Translations under genes and position numbers: made by a program
Assembly: GCA_002633005.1 (NCBI GenBank)
Contig: NMRA01000005.1
Coordinates: 2,145,114-2,209,113, forward strand
Reading direction: 5' to 3'
DNA length: 64,000 bases
Source of the DNA: Phoronis australis
Lineage: Eukaryota > Animalia > Phoronida
Part shown: positions 1 to 11,890 of the stretch, piece by piece
Numbering within the stretch: the stretch's first letter is position 1
Layout of the letters: every line of letters begins with the position of its first letter
The notes under the pieces: generated by a model
The model's database searches: none
What the model was told of the DNA's origin: nothing
What the model saw: the letters and a program-made list of their open reading frames with translations, nothing else

Positions 1-145
1 TGTTGGCATATGGCTATTGTAAGTGTTGAACTAAATTTTTGTAGGTCATGACGATCTAGGAATTTCAAAGAATACATTGTCTTTAAGTTCACGATCTGAC
101 CAATGAAATTTGTCACAAATAATACATCTGGTTGTTTAATTACAG

Positions 146-3100
146 CTCCTGAGTTGACAGCTGAGAATGTTGAAGTGTGGGTTCTGATTGCACAGTTACT
201 TAAAGTGAGTCGGGCTTTCATGGTATATTGTTCAGTGGCCTTCAGTGTAGATGGGGTCTGATAGATTCAATTAGTTTATGACTGAAGTGACATGTGATAC
301 AATATTTCAACATCTTTGATAAGTGTTGGGTACCAGTAAATGAAATTCAGTATGTTACCAATTGAAGCACATCCTTTCAAATCAATACTTGTTTGATATG
401 ATAACCAATTCTGTCACTGAAGTCTCTTTTTCTGTCACTTTGCAGTTGACTTAGATGGAAGTAAGTTTTGAAAGTTTCAATTGAGGCACTGAGTGCTTCT
501 CATTTCACTACTGTAGCAGTGTGTTTCATTTCAGTATTTAGTACAGTTGTGACACCCACCCTAATCATGTGATATTTGCCTGTGTACTTTTGTGGTGTCT
601 GTCTGTTTTATTGGCACACTCACAGTTAACCTGATTACCCAGTTGGGATGTTTACTGTGTTGGAACTACGTGGACCAATATTCACTGTTCACTTCCTGTG
701 TTATCAGTGACACTGAACTACAACTGACAGGTTTAAGATCTTTTCTGTCAGCAGTATTAAAATGAAATTGATGATGGCAAAATAGATGATTTTGCTCACA
801 TTTCTCATTCCATTCCAGCTTCCATCTGACCAGATCTACCTGACCACCATACAGAACATTATCAAAGAGCACACCTCCAGGGTGCGTCACAAGTCTAACC
901 AGGGATCAACCAAAGACAAGAGTCAATGTAACTGGCACTTGGACAAGGCTGTCGACCTGGCCTTCTTCGACAACTTGCGTCAACTACTGATGAAGGTGAA
1001 AGATTGTAAGCTGTCTGTCGTATGTGTGGGTTGGATTGTCAAGGAGCTTCCCATGGGTAAGTTGTGGAGGTGAAGATGTCAGTGGTCATCAAGTAGCTTC
1101 TCTTTGGGGATTTGTGGAGACGGAGCTGTAAATAATCGTCAAAGCACTTTTAATGGGTGAAGTGTGGGGATGGATTTGTAAGTGATTGTTAGAGTTGTGT
1201 GAATGTTGGGTACTGACTGCATCGATTGAGATGCTGGTGGATGAGCTGATCAGTTGCTGAACACCAGATACGAAAATCTGTCCATTTCTCATCACGGTGT
1301 GTAGCATTTTCTTATTGTGAGTTGGTCATGTATATTAAATACCTGATGCCTTAATTGAGTCGCCATTTAATACCATCTAAGTGTTTCTGTGTGCTTGCTG
1401 TTGCAGGTGCTGAAAAGGTGCTAGCCTTAAAGGCGTGTGTCACACTGAGTCAAAGGTGGATCAACAGTGTTCCAGATAATGTAAGCCTTATGCAATTTTA
1501 TAAAAAAAATGTTGATTTTATTTCACTCACCCTATTTTTGTCATTTTCAATTGCCAAAGCAAAATGTCTGTAGTGACATGGTACATGAAATTTATGACAT
1601 GAGAGTTAGTGTAATTTACTATAATAATTTAATGTTTTCTGTCATAATGTCCTAGTTTTCCACTGTGCTCATTTAAACTGACATAATTTATAAACAGAAG
1701 TATAATTTATAACTTGTACTCAAAATATGATCAGCATTTGGTATTATGTCTTGTTTTTAAATTTTCTTTACATTTCATGTATGACTAGTCATTTTTTATC
1801 AAATTCCACAAATTCATTGTTATGCCGCTTTTTCTGCTATTTCCGTCTTGCTTCATACTTGGCTTTGTAATCATGAAAAGTTTGAATCACATCCCATCCT
1901 GTAATATTCATAGAAATGTATATACGATATTTGTTGGCTTCTCTCTTAGTCGTCTGAGAAGAAAGAAGCCATGGAGGCATACAAGAAGTATGTAGACATC
2001 TACAACCGTCTGGCTACAGAACAAGTGTTGTTCCAACACAACTTGGGTCAGCCTGAGTTGATCAGCCTGGCCAACACACCAGCCAAGTTGGTGTTCAAAT
2101 TGTATGAACATGAGTCTATACCACTGAGGTTCAACAAGCAATCTGGGCTTCTGAGTTCGTTGCCAGGTATGTCGGCGAGAGCACAGTAAGCATTCAACCA
2201 ATAATTTGTGCTTCGGAGTGCACTACCAAGTTTGTTGGCTTGTATCTTGATGGTTCAACAGCCTGAATTGTAGACAATATTGAACTTTTCCCCAGGATGA
2301 TACTCTTGTGGTTCACCCATTAAAAATCCTGGAAGTTAATTTTACATGTAACTGCTCCAAAACATATTCATGCCTGGTTCTCTCTGGTAGCGTGATGTCT
2401 GTATTGTTTAAAAAAAACATTTGATTTGATATTTATGACTTGTTTGTATTACCAAGTTGAAATTTGTATGTACTAGCAGTTCTTAAGGCAATGGATCAGA
2501 ATGATTCTATAAACAAATTAGTGAATGAAATAGCTGTTTTCAGATATACACAAGGTAACGGATGAGATTGCTTCGATAAACAAGATAGATATGTCTAAAA
2601 TCCGGCTGAACCTTGTTGAACAATGGCTTCCTACAAGCAATGCCAGTAAACTGGAGACTGATGCTGACACAGTAAGTGTTATATGATGTAGCCTGCTGTA
2701 ATCACTACATAGTAGTCTTGTGACAAAAAAGTAAGACAAAACAAAAGTCTGTTTCGCTGTTATGATGAGTAATATCTAAACTACTGTCAATTCATTATTG
2801 ATGTCTGAGCTTCATAGGTCACCACTTTTTCGTAGATGTTCATAATTTTGGATCAGGTGAGTGACATTCAGTCTCTGTATTGACTTGATCAAAATATTTT
2901 TAGTGACCAAAGCATGTTCCTTTGTTAAGACCCATGTGTATTTTCAGACACTAAATATTGACTTCAACATCAATTTAAACACAAGTGTGTCTGATGCTCA
3001 AGCAAGTGAGGATGATTCTAACCTCAAGAGGTATGTTGTTACACCCTCTGTGTTGTCGTTTAGTTAAGTTGTCATTTCAAATATTTTTTAAATGAAGTAT

Positions 3101-6100
3101 TCTGTTTGTGGAAAGAGTAGAAAGTAAATCTTTCACGAGCCATCTGGTACATTTTGGTCAGCTGCTGACTGTATGTGAGCAGATGAGAGACATCGATTAT
3201 GGAGGGGACACCAGTCATTTGTCATAGTTAAGTTCCCAACTGTGGCTTGTACTCACTACAGTTAAATNTTTCTTCGGGTGCGAATCGTGAGTGGCGCGTT
3301 CATTTAAACTGTTTTCGAGTACGGATCGTGTATTAGTTATGGGGTAGGTACTTCTTGGATCCTTATAACATCTTCTAACCATGTAATAAGGGTTAACAAC
3401 GCGTGAGACAAGGACTTTAAGTTCCCAACTATGCCTTGCTCACGGACACAACTACTGCAGACAGGCAGTGAACAAGTGACCTATACGTTGTGAGCACCAT
3501 ACACTGAACTTTATGTACATGTAGGCTCTGCTTGTAAAGAGTATAGTCTTGTTTCAAATGTCAATGACGCTTGATGTCTTACACTTGGTGACTCATTTTA
3601 GAGTGACGTACATCCTACAGTGTGGCCCATTGAGGGATAACTGTCTGTTTTTGATCAACTTTGCATTCAAGGTAAGTCTTGGTGTCCAAATACGGAAGTT
3701 TAATTTTAAATCAACCACCTTGTTTTAAGTTAGTTAACGGGTGTAGATAGCACGAGTTAGTAAATGGGCAAACTAATTATGGCATTATCTGAATTATTTA
3801 CTCGAGGGCTGTAGCACTGGAGATAAATCTTGATAAAAATGAAACGATTGTGATGCCAGACCTGAATGACTTCACTTTCTGTGAATGATTAACTGGACCA
3901 TTAAATTCCATTTGGTGACCTGGCCATGCTCAACTTGGTTGTGTAGAATTTTCATAAATGAAATGCATAAGTTTATTTAATCTGTAAACTTTTATTAACC
4001 CTTGCATCCTTGCCATCTTCAATTTACCCTCAGTCATTATTTTTCTGTTATCTTCAATTTATCTTTCTCAGCCATTGCATCTCTGGTCCGTTCTATTGCA
4101 GCGTCAGTCTAACCAGATGACCAGCTCTTGTCGTGTGCGAGCACTGCAATGCCTCTTTTCACTCGCTGACAAAGAGATTATTGAAGATCTCACCAAGCAG
4201 CCTATTCACAAGATACGGTCAGTATAGGATGATGGCATTGTTTAGTGTATCAATGTTAAGGTCCTAAAAGCAAAGTTTTGTAACGCTGTTGTCAAAAATT
4301 AGAGTACTTGTGTCTGTTGATTAATGAAAACTTGACAAGTGTTCCTATTGTAGCCTCAGAGTTTGTGGTGGAGGTTCTTTTAGACATGTAAATAGGCGAG
4401 CTACAGGGTGACCAATCATCATAATGGACATCATACATTCTGCATTACTAAAGTAATGTTAAATAACATCATAATAATGTTGCACTCAGTACTGAACTGA
4501 CCTGCTAGTACTTGAGAGCTGGGTTACACATGCTTCAAATCTCAAGTGAACATGAATAGTGTATAATATGCTTGATTATTCATGTTCCAGACAACACACA
4601 TAATCTATCTGTACATGGGAGAGCTCGGGAGATTTTTATGGTTCACACCACCAATCAACATCAAATTTGTATTGTATGTTTCTTGTTCCAAGCACCTTTT
4701 TACACAGTCACTTATCTGTACCTGGGCGTGCTAAAATTTTTTTACCTCACATCACCAATCAACATAAATCCTGTGCCGTGTATGTTATGTTCCAAGCAAC
4801 ACATACAGTTGTACCTGGGAGAGCTGGGGTGATCACGTGTCCAACATTGCCAGTCAGGATGGTGTATGATGTGTGAGATAATCCATGTTCCAGGTAACAA
4901 ATGCAGAACTGTTTGTACCTGGAGGAGCTAAAACAGTTACAGGTGCATAACGTCTCTAGTCGACATGACTGGTGTATAGTATGTTTGGTATTCCATTTTC
5001 CAGGCAATAAATGTAGACCCTTCAACCTGGGTGAGCTAGGAAGGACACATGAGTGTGCCTCACATCTCCAGTTGACATGAATGGTGTATAGTGCATTTGA
5101 TAATCCATGTTCCAGGCAACAGATGCAGATCTATCTTTACCTAGCAGAGCTCGAGAGGTTGCACATGCCTCATACCTACACTAGTTTTGACAAGTGCAAC
5201 AAGGAGGGTCTAGTTCGAGGAATTTGGAGAAACCATTGCCACGAGGAGAAGGTACTCGCCCTGGTTTGATAACCACAATGCATTTATTACAAATTGCTTT
5301 ATAATGGACCTTTAAACAATAGAATTGCATTTTTAAATTCCATAATGTTTAAATCCAAAAAATGTACACAGAGACTTTTTAGCATCACTGTAGCCAAGCA
5401 CTAATGTCGTCATCAAAATGCTCTGTAATAATTCTTTTGATGTGTTCATTAAACACAATTAACAGGCAGTTCATCGGTTTGTCGTACAGTTCATTTTGGA
5501 CCTGTTCTACATTCTTGTTAGGCTTAACATAGACTGGCTTTGCTAGATTGGCTGTACCTAAATTTGGCAGCACATTTGTTTATTTCTCATCATTTATGTT
5601 GAATAGTACTACAAATGACAATGGGTTTTGTGGAGTATGATGTGTGTGTGTGTGTGACTGTGTTTGTGTGTGTGTTTGGTCAACATCCTGTTTGTCCATC
5701 AAGACCTTTGCTTGTCTTCTGACATATTTTGATGAAAGTAAAGAATGTTATGTAACAGGGAGAGTGTGGCATCGTCTCATGTTTTAATGATGTGCTTATG
5801 GTAGATTCAGCTTGTGGTTGGAGTATATGCAATAGTGCTGTTGTTGAACCTCCAAAACAGTCATGTTTATTAGGTGTTGTTAATGAGTTGTGGATCATGA
5901 GAATGATATTCACTGTAATAGAGACAACAATGCTATTTATTGAATCTCAAGCAACTATATTTTGCTATGTGTTGTAGGCAGTACGACTTGTATCTGACTT
6001 GTGTCTGGACTACGACATATTTGATGTTCAACTGTGGAACAGTATACTGCAGCAACTGTTAGCATTTGGACTGGTAAGTCATGGTTGCATTAGAATATTT

Positions 6101-9100
6101 TGAAATTAGCATTTGTTACCAGAGTGTAAATACTTTGAATTGTGTCCAGTTTAAATGACCCTTTGTGTTGAATACTGATAATAAAAGTAAATTGGAATTT
6201 TTCATACCAAACTTCTGCTTTTTACGGAAATTCAAAAAATTTAGGAAAACAAAATATGAACTTGATCATTGATGTTCTTCTATTGCCTCTATTTATCATT
6301 TATGTTCTATTATCCATGCCGACCTCCCTCATGTATATTGTATTGCAGGTTGACTATCTCCGCCATGTTCTTGTGTGCCTCTCTGGCTGTCCTGATCTCT
6401 GGCAAGTTGCTTGTATACAAAAGACTTGGAGTACTGTACTCATGACTCCTCTTAGTTCAGGTAACAACAAGCCACCTCCACGTTACCATGACAACTGTTG
6501 ACTGCTTGCTGACAAGAGCAATTTGGCTTTTGTACAAAAGGTGTTGTACCCATGTATATGGCAATGGGTAGTCCAATGTCTCCTTATATGAAATGAGCGT
6601 ATCTTCAAATGTAATAATTGAAAATGGGAAGTAACAGTCCTTTGGGACCACTGCTTCATAAACTTCTAACGTCGTTAAACTAAAGTCTCGTAGCATTGAT
6701 GGAAGCCTTTCACTGAAGCAGTTTAATCTGTGATGGACACTTAGTCGTTCCAGTCGTTGAGAAATATTAACAATTTGCGCAGCTTGTATAGAGACCGTGG
6801 TTTTCTGTTTACAAAAATGAAGAGATCCAAAATTCCATTTTTTCTTTCTGTAAAGCTTGCTAATTCTCCTTTTTCGCTGCACACCATGCTAATTTGGCAA
6901 AGATATACAACTACTTGAACATGTCTGCTCTGACATGGAAGTCATCGTCAATTCAGTTGAGGCAAGAATTGTTCCCGAGTAACGGATTTCGTGACCATGT
7001 GTCCCCAAAATAGCATTCTGGCATCTACCTAATGTGAATTGTACTCGAAACACATAATTACATGAAAGAAATCCATGAAATATGATCACAAGAATTGGTA
7101 TTCCTACATATTCCTGCATGGTTTGATAACTATGATTGTTTGTGGTGTTCATTAATTACAGTAGGCAATCTCTTGCTTTTGGTACACACAGTGCCATTTC
7201 TGTAATTTTGTGATGTGATTTTGCTCTATACTGAGACACAAGCTGCATGGTTGTAACTAAGCGAACACATTATTTGATATTCATTTTTCACTCTCAGCGG
7301 TGCCACCTGTTGGTGAAGAACAGATGTTGGAGTGTTTACAGACAGCTAAACTGTTACACAGGTAAGTGGTTTGTTGTAACTTAAAGCAAGTCATTTCAAA
7401 AGTTTGAATTGGCAAAGAAATTTTATTTTTTAGTTTATGTTATTGTTGTGCTACTTGAAATTAAAAGAATTATCAATAATCGTTTTACAAAAATGTAAAC
7501 CATAGTCTTCATAAGTTGCAAACTTCAGTCCAGTGAGCGATAGAAACAGAATAGCACAATATTGTGGGGTGTAATCATTAAAAACAAGTGTTTCTTAGTG
7601 AGTGATTTTCAGTTAGTTACATCAAAAATTACAACTTGTAGTATTGAAAATGTATTGTTTTGAGCTTTTCCCCATTATCTGTGCACCTTTAGTCTGTGTG
7701 AATGAATTTTGTGATATTAAGCCACATTTGATTTTTTGAACATTTAGTTTTCTCTCATGACAAATAAATGTTTTACATTTTATCCAATGGTCAAGATAAA
7801 GTTTGTTGCTGTATGTCAAAAGAATTTCTGAACTAGGTACTTAATAAATTTGTCAATTCAAAGGCTATCAGCTGTTTGTAGCAGAAATCTTGTTGTTGAA
7901 ATGAAGCCTTGCTGATGAATCCTATATGGTTTTAAGAAATGTCAGTGCATATTCACATCTAAAGTGCAGCCATGCTCAACAGATGGTGCTCAGGGCCTAA
8001 CAGATAGCATTATATATGCCAGAATGGTGTCATTCCTTTTATCTTGGCTGCATATAGTTTTTGCCAGTTCTACTCTATTGGATGCAACGAAAACTGATAT
8101 GTTTTTATCTTTCCCCACCAGGTGTCCCCTTGTGCTTGACCTAGATGTGCTGCAGTACAGTGGTCAGTTCTCTCGGCTAGAGATGCCCTCTTGTGCCCTG
8201 TCGTGTCTCTTACTCATCTCTGACAATGAAAAAAGAGCTGAACAAATACAGGTACTGCTGCTTAAACAATGCAAAGGGAGATTGATAGCTCTGCTTAAGC
8301 TATTTCCTGAAAATGGCTTTTCTATTAACCTTAAGAAGATTAAAATGTTTTTATTCTAATTGATTGATACGTGGATATACTTTCTGTCAGCAACATATTA
8401 TGATATTATATGCTGTAAATGTACTTGAATATAATTGTATATTTTCCATGAATTAAGCACCATTAATGGTTGTTTAAGTAAATGTTTTGTAATATAGCTG
8501 TATAGCTTGTTGCTGGGTGGTGATAGGGTAGTTGGTGGACAGTGTTGTGCATTCTTGTATGGCTCTTATGCAGTGGGACATTTTGAAGTGTTTTTATTTT
8601 TGAGAATTCTTCTCGACCATCATGCCATCGAATTGTCATCATTTTTCATAGGCATATGCTAACAGTTCACGTCTCAAAATGTCCATGAATGAAAGAAACT
8701 GCATTTTGTTCTGACTAACCCGGTCCATCTTTCACACCAGAATTAAAAGTTTGTTCAAGTGAAAAATTCTTTGTGCTTCCACACCACTAAATAGTTACTA
8801 TGTTTCTTCCTATTTCATTTTTTCAGTCCCTCTTTACTAAACGTTCACCTGTCAACATCTTGGATGAACTTGCCAATTTCCTACAAAAAGGAGAGGATTT
8901 GCCTAGTCACCAACAGGTGAGACTTTATCATGTGCTGTTTCATGTTTGAAAATAATAAATCTAGGTATATTCGTTGGAACCCAAGGCTGAACAGTTAAAG
9001 TCCCTACATGGTACGCTACGATACCCATTCTAAGATTGCGACAACCCTTGGTTGCTTACAGGTTCTCTCTAACTATTCTTCCTCATTATAACCGTGTACA

Positions 9101-10837
9101 GTCATATTGAGGCAGTTGTGATTTCATAGAGATTTGAGATTCAATACAAAATCCTTCTGTAAAATGGAAGTATAATGGTGGCCTGTGGTAATGTAATGCT
9201 GATCCCTGAAACAACAAAACTATTGTTGACCATCACATATTTGAAGTTAACAGTGCTGAGCATAGTGACCTTCTTTCTTTTCCCAATGATTTACAAATAA
9301 TGTAGTGAGTGTTTTAGTTGCAGAAATGCTATGTAGGTTCAATTGTCAGTGGGAAATTGTTGTACAGTTATTGTAGTTTATTTGTTTTTAACTCTATACT
9401 TGGGATATTGCTCTTCAACTTTACACTGATCTTTTTCTTTATTTTACTCTTTGGTTTATTCAACTGTTTTTGTGGGAATTTAAGTGAAGAAATGATGAAG
9501 TGCACAATACCCTGGTCTTAAGTGTGTTTCAGGTCTAGTCTTAATTGATGCAATGTTAATGAACTGCTGGGTTTTAGTGCAATGAGCTTTATTTTGTTTG
9601 GAACAATCGATTTTTGAGGTTTTCATAATTACTTTAATTTTAGGTGCAAGATGCAGTGTACAATTACGTAGATGTCAACAAGCACTACAACTTACTGGAA
9701 GGAACAAGTCACTTCTCTTTCTTTGTCAACTACTTAGTGCGAGAAAAGCGCATTGAAGATCTGCTGTTACATGCTGTGAAGGCAAGCAGGTAACCATCTC
9801 CATTAACAAGGGGAACATTTCCATCAATGTGTCATTGTGTATTGTACAATGGGCTTAAGCTGTATTTTACCCTGTTTAGGTGGGTAAGAATGAAAATCTA
9901 ATTCGGCCTTTTAAGATTGTTCTCATAATGTTTTTCCTGCGATGGGATTCCGTTAAAGTTTCCTATTTGAGTCACAATCGAGGAATATGGGATATTTCAT
10001 GAGAGTAAACGTCCTTAATTCACTTTCTGTTTGTAGCCAGGTAAACAAGATTAACTATTATAGCTCCCAAGGCATACTAGGAAATTGAAACCATTTTGGA
10101 CTTGACTAGTGACTTGAAAGTATTTCAATAATGTATCTTAGTTTGTTTTTATCGAGAAAATTTCAAAATTGCAACTTTACTGTATGTAACTTTTATGCAA
10201 ACTACATAATGACAGTTTGCATACTAGTTATGTTCGGGATGTTTTCATGACATCATTGTTTCAGGCTGAATGAAGCCAGTGACTTGGTATCTGTTTACCT
10301 GTCCTGTTACCCTGACAATGAGGTGATGAACTTGGTAGACCCAGATGCAGAGCAAGGCGTAGAGAAGCTCAAGGTGAGATTCTGTCTCTCTTATGCATGA
10401 CAAATTATTAGGACATGTTTTTCCACTTATAATCGACAGTTTTTCCGATATTTTTTTTATTTCTGTTCATGATTGAAATAGTCTTTTACATTCAGTAGTA
10501 AGGTATCTGAAAAACATTGTTTTTTGAAATCACTAGAGGTTGGTATTAATGCCGTTGTTTTGTAGTATTCCAGTTGCGTGTTCATGGTATTGGTGCATAT
10601 AGTTTTTGTGTTGTAAAAGTTGCGCAGTAACTTATCCAAGAAAGGTTATATAAAAACTTTGTCTCTGTCTTCAGTTTGTGAACAATATTTTCACCTTTTC
10701 AGGCTTACTTGAAAGTGAACAGTTTATACGAAGGTGTACAGGAATATTTTCCAAAGGAGATAAAACAAGAACCAGTAGACAGCGACCAGAGTATGAATGG
10801 AAGTAGTGATCACAGTTCACTCAGCTTCAGATATTGA
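146..10837 (+). CDS. KNTC1: Kinetochore-associated protein 1 (ROD), 3' portion; 17 coding exons in window, 5' part lies upstream
   Basis: GT-AG exons with consistent phase: 146-204, 819-1056, 1407-1480, 1950-2166, 2544-2671, 2948-3030, 3602-3671, 4102-4217, 5116-5251, 5978-6073, 6349-6460, 7298-7361, 8122-8251, 8827-8916, 9644-9789, 10265-10373, 10703-10837 (TGA). Translation contains Rod C-terminal-like segments: YNRLATEQVLFQHNL, PAKLVFKLYEHESI, IASINKIDMSKIRLNLVEQWL, RVRALQCLFSLAD, YLAELERLHMP...KEGLVRGIWRNH, LCLDYDIFDVQLWNSILQQL. Family recognised from memory, not by search. Confidence 0.9.
4545..5115 (+). repeat. Degenerate tandem array (~5 units of ~100-112 bp) copied from the 3' splice site and 5' part of KNTC1 exon 5116-5251
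   Basis: Acceptor-like TGTTCCAG/TGTTCCAAG/TTTTCCAG ends at 4590, 4692, 4796, 4893 and 5003, versus the real acceptor at 5115. Each is followed by GTACCTGG..GAGCT-like exon sequence. The ORF-track peptides YLYLGVLK and QHIQLYLGELG match the real QQMQIYLYLAELE. Confidence 0.85.
5641..5674. repeat. Interrupted (TG)n microsatellite
   Basis: tgtgtgtgtgtgtgtgactgtgtttgtgtgtgtg, in a KNTC1 intron. Confidence 0.9.
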
Positions 10838-10891
10838 CATCTCGGTGACATTGTATTTGAAACTGCTATTAGATACTTACTTTTAATAGTC

Positions 10892-11049
10892 AATAAACTT
10901 TAGATTTTTTGATGGAACACCAGTTTGGCTTCTGCGTCTACCAAATGCCTGTTCCCTTCAATCAGCATACGTTTCCATAGATACCTAATTTTGCTTGTAA
11001 AGTTATGTGCTTTGTATCTACAAACATGCGTTTGATGTTTGGAAATAAA
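10892..11049 (+). terminator. Candidate KNTC1 polyadenylation signals
   Basis: AATAAA at 10892-10897 and 11044-11049, downstream of the stop at 10837. The second is followed by a GT/T-rich tract. Confidence 0.55.
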
Positions 11050-11775
11050 ATCGTTGCTACTTCATGTGGTGTTTTATTATATGTCAAATTACAAGGAATG
11101 GTTTACAGATATGTTTAAGACAGTTTGTATTGATTTCAATCACAGGAACGTGAGACACCCAATGAAAAGACAACACAAATATGTCCCTTAACCCTGGTAG
11201 TGACAGTCTTCAAATTTTCTTATAACTATAGTCAATCATTATATACTTCCAATACAAACACCAAAAGGTTTATGTCCACAAATCATGCGATTCACTGATT
11301 CACTGCCGGCAGTGAATAGTTCTGTGTCAAGTGATGTTGTACAGACCAGCTGCTAACATCAATGTTTTGTACTCTTAAATTTGTTGGCTGCTTGGTGCAC
11401 GCCCGATGGAGGTGCGAATGTCGGGCCATTTATTCTTTAAATCTTCCATTTCAAAATACAAGTTACGCCACTGCTCAGACTGCCACGCAATCACTACCGT
11501 GAGAGCTGCCATTATATATCGTTTCCTTTTCGCCTGTGTCTTGTTGACCACATACCGATCAACAAAGTCTGGCACATGTCAAATATTTACATAAATATAT
11601 GTGGCACACAGAGGAAGCTTGTCCCTGTCTTAGACTTGTAAACATACATGTCTAATCCCGTGTAATACTGATTGGTTTCTATATTTGACTTTACTTGGCG
11701 CACACCGGTATTAGTTGAGCGTACACTGAACAGTCCGCAAAGTTAAAAATATTGATAACAAGTGTCAATTTAAAA

Positions 11776-11890
11776 GATCAAAAACTGACAATCGCAGCGC
11801 AAATGAAAAAGTTCATATTGATTTGACGTTTCGTGTATTCATTAGACATCATCAGGTTTTATTTGTGCGGCGATTGTCCGTTTTTTGATC
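11776..11890 (-). ncRNA. Minimal (Penelope-type) hammerhead ribozyme-like core inside a ~30-bp inverted repeat
   Basis: Minus strand 11855->11825 reads CUGAUGA-U-GUCUA-AUGAA-UACAC-GAAA-CGUC. Flanks GATCAAAAACTGACAATCGCAGCGCAAAT and ATTTGTGCGGCGATTGTCCGTTTTTTGATC are near-perfect reverse complements. Proximal stem I does not pair, so it may be decayed. Confidence 0.5.

Noticed and set aside
3228-3430. 14-bp direct repeat TTAAGTTCCCAACT flanking ~175 bp as the TSD of an insertion
   Set aside because: No TIRs, poly(A) tail or recognisable element between the repeats, and the interval contains an N.
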